Shown here piece after piece: positions 11,136-20,261 of a stretch of 64,000 nt of DNA. The stretch lies in contig OZ250150.1 in the NCBI GenBank assembly GCA_965237675.1, forward strand, positions 3,872,001-3,936,000, written 5' to 3'. Made by a program: the position numbers and the translations under genes. Source of the stretch: Candidatus Latescibacterota bacterium (GTDB taxonomy: Bacteria > Latescibacterota > UBA2968 > GCA-2709665). Under the pieces are notes generated by a model that saw only the letters and a program-made list of their open reading frames with translations, searched no databases and had not been told where the DNA came from. Position 1 is the first letter of the stretch, and every line of letters starts with the position of its first letter.

Positions 11136-12371
11136 TCAATCCGCCACGAGTTCGCAGGCAGCCGCGCGGACCAGCTTCTCGCCTTCGACGGCAAGCCCCG
11201 CATATCTGGGCTCCATGCCGCCTTCACGGTGGGCCCGGCGGGTACTCAGGTAACCGACGTCGGCTGTCGGACCGGACAGAACGATGGTGAGTTTCCCATG
11301 TGCCGCCGCCCTGATCGCCCGCGCGGTTTCAACAAAGATCTCACCTGGAAGGTGGACAATGTTGACGCCGCACGCGGAGACTCGTGTGATCGTATAGTCC
11401 AGATCTTGCCTGCCGGTCGTATAGTGGCGACTGCCGTAGGCCTGAAATCGCTGCAGCCCGTCCGACCTCTTCGGCGTCGTTGTCAGTTCGGCCTCGACGG
11501 CATCGGGATCCTTGTAAGAAAATGTGGGCACCTGGACGGTCTTCTGGGTGACGCGGAATTTACCGGAACCGTTCATACGCGCCTGTTCCAAGGCGTAGAG
11601 TGCCGCCCCTCCGACGCTGTTGCCCACGCGCTTATACGTACGGCCGGCCCGGCTGACAGGTACCACGTTTCCGATACTGCCGGGAAGAAACAACGCATTG
11701 ACGCCCGCGGCCTCGACCACGTCGCGGGCGACGCCGGGATAATCGGCGGAAATATGCCCGTACTTGTCGGTGTTGCACAGCGCATGACAGCCGAAAACGA
11801 ACGCGCAATGGTTTGGATTACCCTCGGCATCGTCAATTCGCAGCACGTATACGTTGTCGTCCACTTCGGCATAGGTGAGTTCGGGACGAGGGTAGGGAAA
11901 TTTGAAGTTGCTCATCACCAGGTTTCCGTCCTGATCGTATGAGCGCCGGTTATATAGAATGTTGGGGGCGGAACTGACACCGACGCCCAACTGCGAGGGT
12001 CGCATCGCGAGGGCGGCTTTACGGACCGCCGCCGCCATATTGTCCGCGAAAAAATCCTCCCTGCCGTAATACTTGAGCATCTCGCAGGGTATGCTGACAT
12101 ATGATTGAAATAAAATGGGCGTCGTGCCAACGTGAGAAGCACAGGGCAGGATCTGCCGGAGATTCAGCCAGGCGATGTCCTCAAGGCGTTCCCTGACGCG
12201 TGCCATGAGATCCTCTTCGATGCTGAAACAATCCCCGGCCAGGAGCGTGACGTTGGTGTCTCCGTTCCGAAGGATCAAGGCACGGAAGGAGATCGGATCG
12301 TAGACTCGAAAAGAGCCATCTGACGGTTCTTCTGGCGTAAAGTCCTGAATACCAAAGCCGGTTTCCAGCAC
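11136..12371 (-). CDS. neutral/alkaline ceramidase-like N-terminal domain hypothetical protein
   Basis: ASHVGTTP, FGCHA, ISADYPG, LPGEIFVE motifs; stop abuts the upstream region of the DegT gene. Confidence 0.65.
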   Translation of the reverse strand: MLETGFGIQDFTPEEPSDGSFRVYDPISFRALILRNGDTNVTLLAGDCFSIEEDLMARVRERLEDIAWLNLRQILPCASHVGTTPILFQSYVSIPCEMLKYYGREDFFADNMAAAVRKAALAMRPSQLGVGVSSAPNILYNRRSYDQDGNLVMSNFKFPYPRPELTYAEVDDNVYVLRIDDAEGNPNHCAFVFGCHALCNTDKYGHISADYPGVARDVVEAAGVNALFLPGSIGNVVPVSRAGRTYKRVGNSVGGAALYALEQARMNGSGKFRVTQKTVQVPTFSYKDPDAVEAELTTTPKRSDGLQRFQAYGSRHYTTGRQDLDYTITRVSACGVNIVHLPGEIFVETARAIRAAAHGKLTIVLSGPTADVGYLSTRRAHREGGMEPRYAGLAVEGEKLVRAAACELVAD

Positions 12372-12413
12372 GGTGAGCCCCGTCGATTGTCATTGAGGTA
12401 AGAAGGTGGTTTA

Positions 12414-12442
12414 TTGATAGGGTTATTTTCACGGGGCGTCAA
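12414..12442 (-). promoter_or_regulatory. sigma-70-like promoter (minus strand)
   Basis: TTGACG-N17-TATCAA on the minus strand upstream of 12371. Confidence 0.5.
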
Positions 12443-12481
12443 GCGTTTTAGTGCCGTGCACACGCCGTCGGGCGGTGAACC

Positions 12482-12510
12482 TTGACGTATCCGTCGGTAT
12501 GGGTTACATT
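12482..12510 (+). promoter_or_regulatory. sigma-70-like promoter
   Basis: TTGACG-N17-TACATT upstream of the FAD oxidase; divergent from the previous promoter. Confidence 0.55.
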
Positions 12511-12631
12511 ATCGACTTGCTCGCGCCGTTAAGGCCGGTCTACGCCGTAGTGCTATGGGTGCGAAGGACCACCCCGGAGCGAATGGAGGTCGAGGGCCAA
12601 CGGTGTTACGTGAATAAGCAAGGGAGATGTG

Positions 12632-15499
12632 ATGAAGGACCTGTCGACAGCGCTTGAACGGGAAATAGCGGGAGAGGTTCGATTCGATAAGGCTTCGCGG
12701 ATATTATACAGCACCGATGCAAGCATGTACCAGATCGAACCGATGGGCGTTGTTCTTCCCAAGCATCGAAGGGACGTCGTACGGGTCATGCGGCTCGCCC
12801 GGGAGTTCGGGGTACCCGTATTGCCACGCGGCGGCGGGACGGCGCTTGCCGGACAGAGCGTGGGCCGTGCGGTGATTATGGATCTGTCCAAATTCATGAA
12901 TGACATCCTCGAACTGAACGAGGAGGAGGGGTGGGTGCGGGTACAGCCGGGGGTTGTGCTGGACGAACTGAATGCACATCTGAAACCGAGTGGCCTGCAA
13001 TTCGCCCCGGATGTGGCTACGAGCAGTCGAGCGACGATCGGGGGGATGATCGGCAACAATTCGGCGGGGGCCCATTCGGTGATTTACGGGAAGACCATCG
13101 ACCACGTTCTGGAACTGAAGGTGGCGCTCGCCGACGGCACAGAGACCCTGTTCCGGGAAATGTCCGACGAGGAAGTTGCCGGGAAGTCGAAACAGTCCGA
13201 TCTGGAAGGCCGTGCATACCTGGAGGTCATCCGTCTTGCCCGGAAACACAGAGCGGAGATTGAGCGCAGATATCCGAAGATTCTGCGGCGCGTGGGCGGT
13301 TACAACCTCGATGAATTCACCAAGGCGCAACCCTTTAATATGTGCCGGATGATTGTGGGGTCTGAGGGCACTCTCGCCACCGTACTGGAAGCCAAACTGC
13401 GTGTGATCCCCCTTCCCCGCGCGAAGGTTTTGGGCGTGGTCCAGTTCGAGGATCTGATCGAGTCTATGGCGGCAGTCGCGCCCATTCTGGAAACCGGACC
13501 TGCGGCGGTGGAACTGGTAGACCGCATGATACTGGAGCAGACCAGAGGATCGATGGCGTTGTCCAGGGAACGCGGCTGGGTTGAGGGAGATCCCAAAGCG
13601 GTGCTTGTGGTGGAGTATTATGGGGATTCGGCTGAGGCGCTGATACCTCGACTGGAGATACTCGAGGCCACCATGTCAAAACATGGACTCGGATATGGAT
13701 TCCGACGGGCGGTTTCGGCCACGGAACAGGCGAATGTATGGAACGTGCGTCAATCGGGCCTGGGATTGCTGATGGGCGTCAAAGGGGATTCCAAACCGGT
13801 GGCGTTTGTGGAAGATTCGGCGGTTTCACCTGAGAAACTGCCGGACTACATTGGCGAGTTCGAGCGGATTGTTCGGGAACACGATACGACGGCGGGGTAC
13901 TACGCGCATGCCAGCGTGGGATTGCTTCACATCCGGCCGATCGTGGATTTGAAGACAGCTACCGGCGTTGCGAAAATGCGGTCTATCGCGGAGGCCGTTC
14001 TGGATCTGGTGCTGAGATACGGCGGCGCGATGAGCGGTGAACACGGTGATGGCCTGGCTCGAAGCTGCTGGAATGAACGGATGTTCGGATCCACGCTCTA
14101 CAATGCGTTCCGGAACATCAAACGTGCGTTCGACCCCCATGGTCTGATGAATCCGGGAAAGATCGTGGACGCACCCATGATGACCGAAAACCTGCGTTTC
14201 GGACCCGCATACAGGGCCCTGGAGCCCCGGACCCATTTCGACTTTTCGGCCGATGGCGGATTTCACCGGGCAGTGGAAATGTGCAACGGCGTGGGTGCAT
14301 GCCGCAAAAAACTTCACGGAACAATGTGCCCTTCCTATATGGCGACACTCGAAGAGGCCCATTCCACGCGCGGTAGGGCAAATGCGCTCCGTGCCGCCAT
14401 TTCAGGTGGTCTTGAGGGAGGGCTGGCTGACGATCGGGTGTACGAGATCCTGGACCTGTGCCTGGAGTGCAAGGCGTGCAAGGCGGAATGCCCCTCCAAC
14501 GTAGACATGGCCAAGATCAAGTATGAATTCCTTGCACATTATTACGACACGCACGGAAGACCGCTGAGGGAATGGTTGTTCGGCAATATCGAAACCGTGA
14601 ACCGGGCCGGGTGCGCGCTGGCACCTGTTTCGAATTGGATTGCCAGGACGAAGATTGCGCGGCTGGGTATGCAGTTGCTGGGTATCGCGCCGAAAAGGGA
14701 ATTGCCGCCGTTCGCGCGGCGGACGTTCACGGATTGGTTTGCCGGGCGCAAGAAACGGCCGCGCGAACGGAAGGTGGTGCTCTTCAACGATACGTATCTG
14801 ACGTTCAATGAACCCGATATCGGCATTTCGGCCACGCGTTTTCTTGAGGCTGCGGGTTTTGAGGTGATCCTGCCCACAAAGCGGTGTTGTGGCAGGCCGC
14901 TCCTGTCCAGTGGCATGATTGAGCAGGTAAAGGAGAATCTGGCGTTCAACGTGCGGCACCTGCACCCGTACATCGTGCAGGGATACGATATCGTGGGTTT
15001 TGAACCCAGTTGCGTCTCAATGTTGACGGACGACTATCCGGACCTGAGCCCGGATCCCCGGGCCCGGGAGGTGGCCGAGCGGTGCTATACGCTGGAGTCC
15101 TATCTGAGCCTGCTGGCGGAGCGCGGCGAGCTGCACGTTTCATTTTCGGATTTGAAGAAGGAGATACTTGTACACGGGCACTGCCATCAGAAGGCGCTCT
15201 GGGGCATCGGGCCGTCGCTCGAGGTGTTGAATTTGCCACCCGGATATACAGCATCAGCCATCGATTCGGCCTGCTGCGGTATGGCAGGCGCATTTGGTTA
15301 TCAGGCGGAGCACTACGATATTTCCCTGAAAATGGGTGAAGACCGGCTCTTGAAGGTTGTCCGTGCGGCGCGACCGGAGATCGAGGTCGCGGCTGCGGGG
15401 CTGTCGTGCAGGCAACAGATTCTCCATGCAACCGGACGGACCGCACGCCACCCGATTCAGATTTTGTGGGAGGCGGTTGCAACAGCGAGCGATGAATGA
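12632..15499 (+). CDS. FAD-binding and Fe-S oxidoreductase (GlcD/GlcF fusion, YdiJ-like)
   Basis: YSTDASMY, PRGGGTALAGQ, SGEHGDG, CNGVGACRK, CLECKACKAECP, CCG domains. Confidence 0.92.
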   Translation: MKDLSTALEREIAGEVRFDKASRILYSTDASMYQIEPMGVVLPKHRRDVVRVMRLAREFGVPVLPRGGGTALAGQSVGRAVIMDLSKFMNDILELNEEEGWVRVQPGVVLDELNAHLKPSGLQFAPDVATSSRATIGGMIGNNSAGAHSVIYGKTIDHVLELKVALADGTETLFREMSDEEVAGKSKQSDLEGRAYLEVIRLARKHRAEIERRYPKILRRVGGYNLDEFTKAQPFNMCRMIVGSEGTLATVLEAKLRVIPLPRAKVLGVVQFEDLIESMAAVAPILETGPAAVELVDRMILEQTRGSMALSRERGWVEGDPKAVLVVEYYGDSAEALIPRLEILEATMSKHGLGYGFRRAVSATEQANVWNVRQSGLGLLMGVKGDSKPVAFVEDSAVSPEKLPDYIGEFERIVREHDTTAGYYAHASVGLLHIRPIVDLKTATGVAKMRSIAEAVLDLVLRYGGAMSGEHGDGLARSCWNERMFGSTLYNAFRNIKRAFDPHGLMNPGKIVDAPMMTENLRFGPAYRALEPRTHFDFSADGGFHRAVEMCNGVGACRKKLHGTMCPSYMATLEEAHSTRGRANALRAAISGGLEGGLADDRVYEILDLCLECKACKAECPSNVDMAKIKYEFLAHYYDTHGRPLREWLFGNIETVNRAGCALAPVSNWIARTKIARLGMQLLGIAPKRELPPFARRTFTDWFAGRKKRPRERKVVLFNDTYLTFNEPDIGISATRFLEAAGFEVILPTKRCCGRPLLSSGMIEQVKENLAFNVRHLHPYIVQGYDIVGFEPSCVSMLTDDYPDLSPDPRAREVAERCYTLESYLSLLAERGELHVSFSDLKKEILVHGHCHQKALWGIGPSLEVLNLPPGYTASAIDSACCGMAGAFGYQAEHYDISLKMGEDRLLKVVRAARPEIEVAAAGLSCRQQILHATGRTARHPIQILWEAVATASDE

Positions 15500-15777
15500 G
15501 TTCCCCTCAGCGAATCTATGTCCGTGTAAAGGGTGCGGTTCAGGGTGTGGGTTTTCGATTTTTCGTCCGCCGCATGGCGTGGAACCTGGGCCTCGTCGGA
15601 TACGTGCGCAACCTCGCCGATGGTAGTGTGGAGCTTGAAGCGGAAGGACAACCCTCTGGCGTATCCGCCCTGGTCGACGTGGTCGGTCAAGGGCCCCCCG
15701 GCGCCCGCGTGCGGGATACGACCACAGGATCACGTCCAGTTCAAAGATCCGAAACTGAATTTGAGATACGCTGGTAG
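15496..15777 (+). CDS. acyP: acylphosphatase
   Basis: GAVQGVGFR and GYVRNLADGSVE signatures. Confidence 0.93.
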   Translation: MSSPQRIYVRVKGAVQGVGFRFFVRRMAWNLGLVGYVRNLADGSVELEAEGQPSGVSALVDVVGQGPPGARVRDTTTGSRPVQRSETEFEIRW

Positions 15778-15784
15778 ATAGGGG

Positions 15785-16303
15785 GTGTTTTTGAATCTAT
15801 CGGAACATATCCGAGAAGTACCCGATTTTCCAAAGCCGGGCATCCTGTTCAAGGATATCACAACCCTCCTGAAAGACCCCGCCGCGCTGGATGCCGCCAT
15901 TCGACGGCTGGCCGACCCTTACCGGAGTGCAGGGGTGTCGATTGTAGCCGGGATTGAGTCCAGAGGTTTCATTTTGGGCGCAGCTGTTGCTCGTGATCTG
16001 GGCGCGGGATTCGTACCCATCCGAAAGTCCGGCAAATTGCCCGCACAAACGGCGTCGGCGAGCTACAAGCTGGAATACGGCACGGACAGCATTGAAATTC
16101 ATACGGACGCTATCGTCCCCGGAGAGCTTGTACTTCTCATAGACGATTTGCTGGCGACGGGAGGCACCATGGAGGCCGCGGTCAATCTGGTAAAAGGACT
16201 CGGCGGCCAGGTCCTGGGTATCGCATTTTTGATTGAGTTGGCCGCACTGGACGGACGGTCGAGACTGAAGGGGGAAAACGTGATGGCGCTCGTTACCTAT
16301 TGA
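15785..16303 (+). CDS. apt: adenine phosphoribosyltransferase
   Basis: PDFPKPGILFKDIT, ESRGF, RKSGKLP, LEYG, IDDLLATGGT. Confidence 0.96.
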   Translation: MFLNLSEHIREVPDFPKPGILFKDITTLLKDPAALDAAIRRLADPYRSAGVSIVAGIESRGFILGAAVARDLGAGFVPIRKSGKLPAQTASASYKLEYGTDSIEIHTDAIVPGELVLLIDDLLATGGTMEAAVNLVKGLGGQVLGIAFLIELAALDGRSRLKGENVMALVTY

Positions 16304-16391
16304 GCACCCGCCGGCACCGTAGGTCGGCATCCGCTCCAACCGCCCCTCGATACCGGCGGAATAACTGAAAAGGTGTACATCTCGGGTCAAT

Positions 16392-16464
16392 GCCCCTGTA
16401 GCTCAGTGGATAGAGTAGCGGATTCCTAATCCGTTGGTCGCAGGTTCGAGTCCTGCCAGGGGTA
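16392..16464 (+). tRNA. tRNA-Arg(CCT)
   Basis: Cloverleaf: acceptor GCCCCTG/CAGGGGT, D arm GCTC..GAGT, anticodon arm GCGGA-TTCCTAA-TCCGT, T arm GCAGG-TTCGAGT-CCTGC; CCA not encoded. Confidence 0.95.
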
Positions 16465-16740
16465 TTTTATCCTTGCCGGAGCCGGGCGCGGTGCCTCGCC
16501 GTGCGGATAATTGTTCCTGGGGCAGCCTTCGTGGCAGGTTGCACATCCAGGTCATCCAGGCCGGCGTGCGCGCCTTTCGTGAATCGTCTGTTCTCGTATC
16601 GGGCGAATCGAGAAAGATCTTCCCCTACCGAAGAAAAAAGCCGATCGAACTATTTCCCTGAAAGACCCCGCAGGACGTTCACGGGACTGACGGCGAGCCT
16701 CGAGGCGGACGCCGGCATTAACGTGGGAACGTGAAAACTG

Positions 16741-17790
16741 ATGGTGAGAATCACATCCGTTAGCGCAAACCAGCCGAAATCCGCCGGAAGCCCGAACGAT
16801 TGGCGGACATGGATGGGTCAGATCGCGGTCAGCGTTGAGACCGAGGATGGGCTGACGGGCTATGGCGTCGGGGGCGGCGGCGCGGCGGGCGTTCACGTCG
16901 TAGAGACCGAACTGCGCCGGCTTCTTTCCGGCAGCGACGCGACCCAGGTCGAATGCCTGTGGGAGGAAATGTATCGGGCAACCCGGCCTTACGGGCGGAA
17001 GGGAATCGCGGTGATGGCGATCAGTGGTGTGGACCTGGCTCTATGGGATCTGAGGGGAAAACGTGAGGGCAAGCCGATAGCCGATATTCTGGCCGGAAAA
17101 AACGCATGTCCGCCGAAGACTATTCCATGTTATAAGACAGGATTTTCCGCCGAAGAGGTGATTCGATCCGGTTCAAAGGGGTTCCACGCACTCAAGTTTC
17201 ACGCTGGGCTAAACCGGAAACAGGACGTTGCCGATGTGGTTGTTCCAATTCGGCGTGTGAGGGATATTCTCGGGCCTGAAGTTCGATTGATGGCCGACGC
17301 GGGGATGAGTCTGAATGCCGAATCGGCATTGCGCCTCGTCGACGCATTGGAGGGATGTAATCTGGAATGGCTCGAGGAACCGCTGCCACCGGAGGATCTG
17401 AAGGGCTATGCGAAATTACGTGACCAGAGCCCGGTACCCATCGCGGGCGGTGAACACGAATATACTGCATCTGCCTTCGACGTTCTGATGAGGGAGCGCC
17501 TGCACACGATTGTACAGCCGGACGCGACATGGTGCGGTGGACTGACGGAATTGCTGAAGATCTATCAAATGGGAGAGAAATACGGTGTTCGGGTCTGTCC
17601 CCACCGCGGGAGCGAAATCTGGGCGCTGCAAGCGATAGCGTCAATAGATCCCGATCCATTGGCCGAATCAGGCAGACCGTGGATCGACTGGATGAACGGG
17701 CAACCGGAAATCGTGAATGGAAATGTCGCGATCGGGAACGCCCCCGGATTCGGTGTCAGGCTCCCTATCCGGTCATGCCGAATTCGTTAG
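16741..17790 (+). CDS. mandelate racemase/muconate lactonizing (enolase superfamily) dehydratase
   Basis: AISGVDLALWDLRGK, LMADA, WLEEP, PIAGGEHE, QPDATWCGG. Confidence 0.9.
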   Translation: MVRITSVSANQPKSAGSPNDWRTWMGQIAVSVETEDGLTGYGVGGGGAAGVHVVETELRRLLSGSDATQVECLWEEMYRATRPYGRKGIAVMAISGVDLALWDLRGKREGKPIADILAGKNACPPKTIPCYKTGFSAEEVIRSGSKGFHALKFHAGLNRKQDVADVVVPIRRVRDILGPEVRLMADAGMSLNAESALRLVDALEGCNLEWLEEPLPPEDLKGYAKLRDQSPVPIAGGEHEYTASAFDVLMRERLHTIVQPDATWCGGLTELLKIYQMGEKYGVRVCPHRGSEIWALQAIASIDPDPLAESGRPWIDWMNGQPEIVNGNVAIGNAPGFGVRLPIRSCRIR

Positions 17791-17934
17791 AACGCTGCGC
17801 GGGTGTCTTTATACAGGCGCTCAAGTGAACGCCTGCAACGGCGCTTTGGCAAGAAATGAGATAAGTCACCTGGCGTTCAGGACAATACGACCGACCCGGC
17901 CGCTGAGGTATGGCGGCCGGGGTGGGCAAAAGGG

Positions 17935-17963
17935 TTGACATCAGATCCGGAATGCCATACTAT
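17935..17963 (+). promoter_or_regulatory. sigma-70 promoter
   Basis: TTGACA-N17-TACTAT. Confidence 0.7.
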
Positions 17964-18104
17964 ATTGATGTGTAATTCGCCTTGCACGGCACCTTCCGCC
18001 GTTGCTTGCAAATAGGGTTCCGCGGACGGATCTTGCCCTATTCGCGAGCCAAATGTCCGGTTTGCGTCTTCCCCCGGTTGTCTTGAAGGTTCAGGAGGCG
18101 TTTG

Positions 18105-18452
18105 ATGTCCACCAAATGCGGTGAATATCACGAAGACGAACGAATATTGGCGCACCTTGAAGATCCTGTTGACGTCGAAGCGTTTGCGAATTTAATGGAA
18201 CACGCCCACCAGAGGGGAATGAGCGCAGCGGATTTTATACGCGAAGTACCGGGACGGACGTCACGCAAGGCGATTCGGAGGTTGTGTCTCAAAGACAGAA
18301 AGCGAACGTTGCGTGCAATGTTCTCCTCCTTCGCCAGAAATCTATGGGCGCGTCCCGCTGTGGATCCGGAATCCACTCATATTCAGTCACTCTACTCACC
18401 CCACGACCGGCTGAAACTGCCGGGCAGAAACGGACAGAAGCCCAGACGATGA
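18105..18452 (+). CDS. hypothetical protein
   Basis: AGGAGG RBS at 18093-18098, downstream of a promoter; no recognisable family. Confidence 0.6.
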   Translation: MSTKCGEYHEDERILAHLEDPVDVEAFANLMEHAHQRGMSAADFIREVPGRTSRKAIRRLCLKDRKRTLRAMFSSFARNLWARPAVDPESTHIQSLYSPHDRLKLPGRNGQKPRR

Positions 18453-18631
18453 TGCAGACAAACCGACAGGCATTTCAGGTGCATATTCACGAGCTGGAAG
18501 AACTGGTCGAAGCACTGCTTGTACATGCGCGATCCGGAGACCAGGCGGCAAGGGAACGGCTCGTTCACGTGCATCGAGAAGTGATGAATAAACGGCATCG
18601 TCTCAAAGATTTGTACAGGCAGGATAGCTGA
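18449..18631 (+). CDS. small helical hypothetical protein (60 aa)
   Basis: ATGA overlap with the previous stop; amphipathic helical composition. Confidence 0.55.
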   Translation: MMQTNRQAFQVHIHELEELVEALLVHARSGDQAARERLVHVHREVMNKRHRLKDLYRQDS

Positions 18632-18729
18632 AGGTTGGAGCCCACTAAGCGGAATGTGGCGGGCTGGCTCCTAGACGTTTTCAAGAGCTGTCCCGCGTGT
18701 TTCGCTTTTTTTGATTCATACGGACGGAA

Positions 18730-19152
18730 ATGCGAATACTTGCGGTAGACTACGGTCTGCGGCGTGTGGGCCTGGCCGTTTCCGACGAACAGGGATTTGC
18801 CGCGCGGGGGTTGCCGACCGTTCATGCGGACACGCGAAGTTCCGCGGTAGATTCTGTGGCACGGGTGGCTTCGGACGTTGGGGCGGCCGAACTTCTGGTC
18901 GGTCTGCCGCTCAATATGGATGGCAGTCGAGGGCCGATGGCTGAAGCAGCCGAAACATTTGCTACTGCGTTGAATCAAACGACGGGGCTGCCTGTTCGAC
19001 TCTGGGATGAACGGCTAACAACCGTGGCCGCGCGTCGTGCAATGCGGGAAATGGGGGTCAAGAAGCGAGGCGATAGGGGGCAAGTGGATCGGATGGCGGC
19101 GGTTATGCTACTCAACAACTATCTGCAGGCGAAGATCCAGGTAGATTTCTGA
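18730..19152 (+). CDS. ruvX: YqgF/RuvX pre-16S rRNA nuclease
   Basis: ILAVDYGLRRVGLAVSD, VGLPLNMDG, WDERLTT, VDRMAA. Confidence 0.95.
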   Translation: MRILAVDYGLRRVGLAVSDEQGFAARGLPTVHADTRSSAVDSVARVASDVGAAELLVGLPLNMDGSRGPMAEAAETFATALNQTTGLPVRLWDERLTTVAARRAMREMGVKKRGDRGQVDRMAAVMLLNNYLQAKIQVDF

Positions 19153-20243
19153 TGCGGACTGAAAACGAACAAGACCCGGTGCGGTCGGGGCGGGTAAACC
19201 ACGGATTTCGTGGATCAACTTTATTCAGGCCGGCTATCGGCTGGACGGTCTTCGCGCTTTTTGGCGTCGGAGCAACCGGAGTGGTGCTGGCGGTCGTTTT
19301 TCTGAACCGACCCACGGTGATGGGTGAAAGGGATGTTATCATTCAAAAAGGAATGACTGTCGAACAGATAGGCCGGTTGTTACATCAGGAAGGAGTGATC
19401 CGAAGCCCGCGGCTGCTGAGCGTCTTCTCTCTGATTAGCGGAACCAGCAGGCGGTTCAAGGCCGGCGTGCACAAGTTTCAGGAAGGCATGAACACCTGGC
19501 ACGTATTGCAAGAACTGGCGGTATCACGAGATGTGACACGTGGCGTAACGATTCCGGAGGGGTTGCGCTTGGAACAGACCATCAGGTTGTTGGCCAAAAA
19601 ACTGGATCTGGACGAGACGAAATTGTCGAATCTTGCGTCTGACGGCGCATTTTGTCGCCAACTGGGTGTACAGGCGGACAACCTGGAAGGCTATCTTTTT
19701 CCGGAAACCTATCAAATTTCCTTGACGATGGACGAAAAGAGTGTGATCGAGATGCTGGTGGGGCATTTCTTCACGATGTTCGATGCAGAAATGATCGCGC
19801 GCGTGCGCCAGATCGATATGTCTGTACATGAAGTTGTCACGCTTGCGTCGATTATTGAAGGAGAGGCGTTGATGGATGACGAGCGGACGACGATTTCGGC
19901 CGTTTATCACAACCGGCTGAAGCGAGGGATGCACCTCCAGGCCGATCCGACGGTTCAATATGCGATCGGAGGCGGTTCCCGCAGGTTGTTCTACAAGGAC
20001 TACAAGATCGATTCACCGTACAATACCTATCGTCATCGGGGGTTGCCGCCAGGGCCGGTAACGAATCCGGGGGCTGTGTCTTTGAGGGCTGCGCTTTATC
20101 CTGCCGATGTGGATTATCTATACTTTGTTGCGATGGGCGACGGTACACATGTGTTCAGCCGGACGTTCCGGGAGCATGAAAACGCGAAGCGGAAGACAAG
20201 GTGGGCCAGAAGGCGCAGTTGGCAAAGGTCCAGGACGCCTTGA
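19152..20243 (+). CDS. mltG: endolytic transglycosylase
   Basis: TIPEG, LEGYLFPETY, LASIIEGE, LQADPTVQY, SPYNTY, GLPPGP. Confidence 0.95.
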   Translation: MRTENEQDPVRSGRVNHGFRGSTLFRPAIGWTVFALFGVGATGVVLAVVFLNRPTVMGERDVIIQKGMTVEQIGRLLHQEGVIRSPRLLSVFSLISGTSRRFKAGVHKFQEGMNTWHVLQELAVSRDVTRGVTIPEGLRLEQTIRLLAKKLDLDETKLSNLASDGAFCRQLGVQADNLEGYLFPETYQISLTMDEKSVIEMLVGHFFTMFDAEMIARVRQIDMSVHEVVTLASIIEGEALMDDERTTISAVYHNRLKRGMHLQADPTVQYAIGGGSRRLFYKDYKIDSPYNTYRHRGLPPGPVTNPGAVSLRAALYPADVDYLYFVAMGDGTHVFSRTFREHENAKRKTRWARRRSWQRSRTP

Positions 20244-20261
20244 ATAGGGGAACCCGCGGGA

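Noticed and set aside
16501-16734. Small ORF after the tRNA
   Set aside because: No RBS or recognisable motif
16392-18700. Genomic island integrated at tRNA-Arg
   Set aside because: No integrase and no duplicated tRNA 3' end seen
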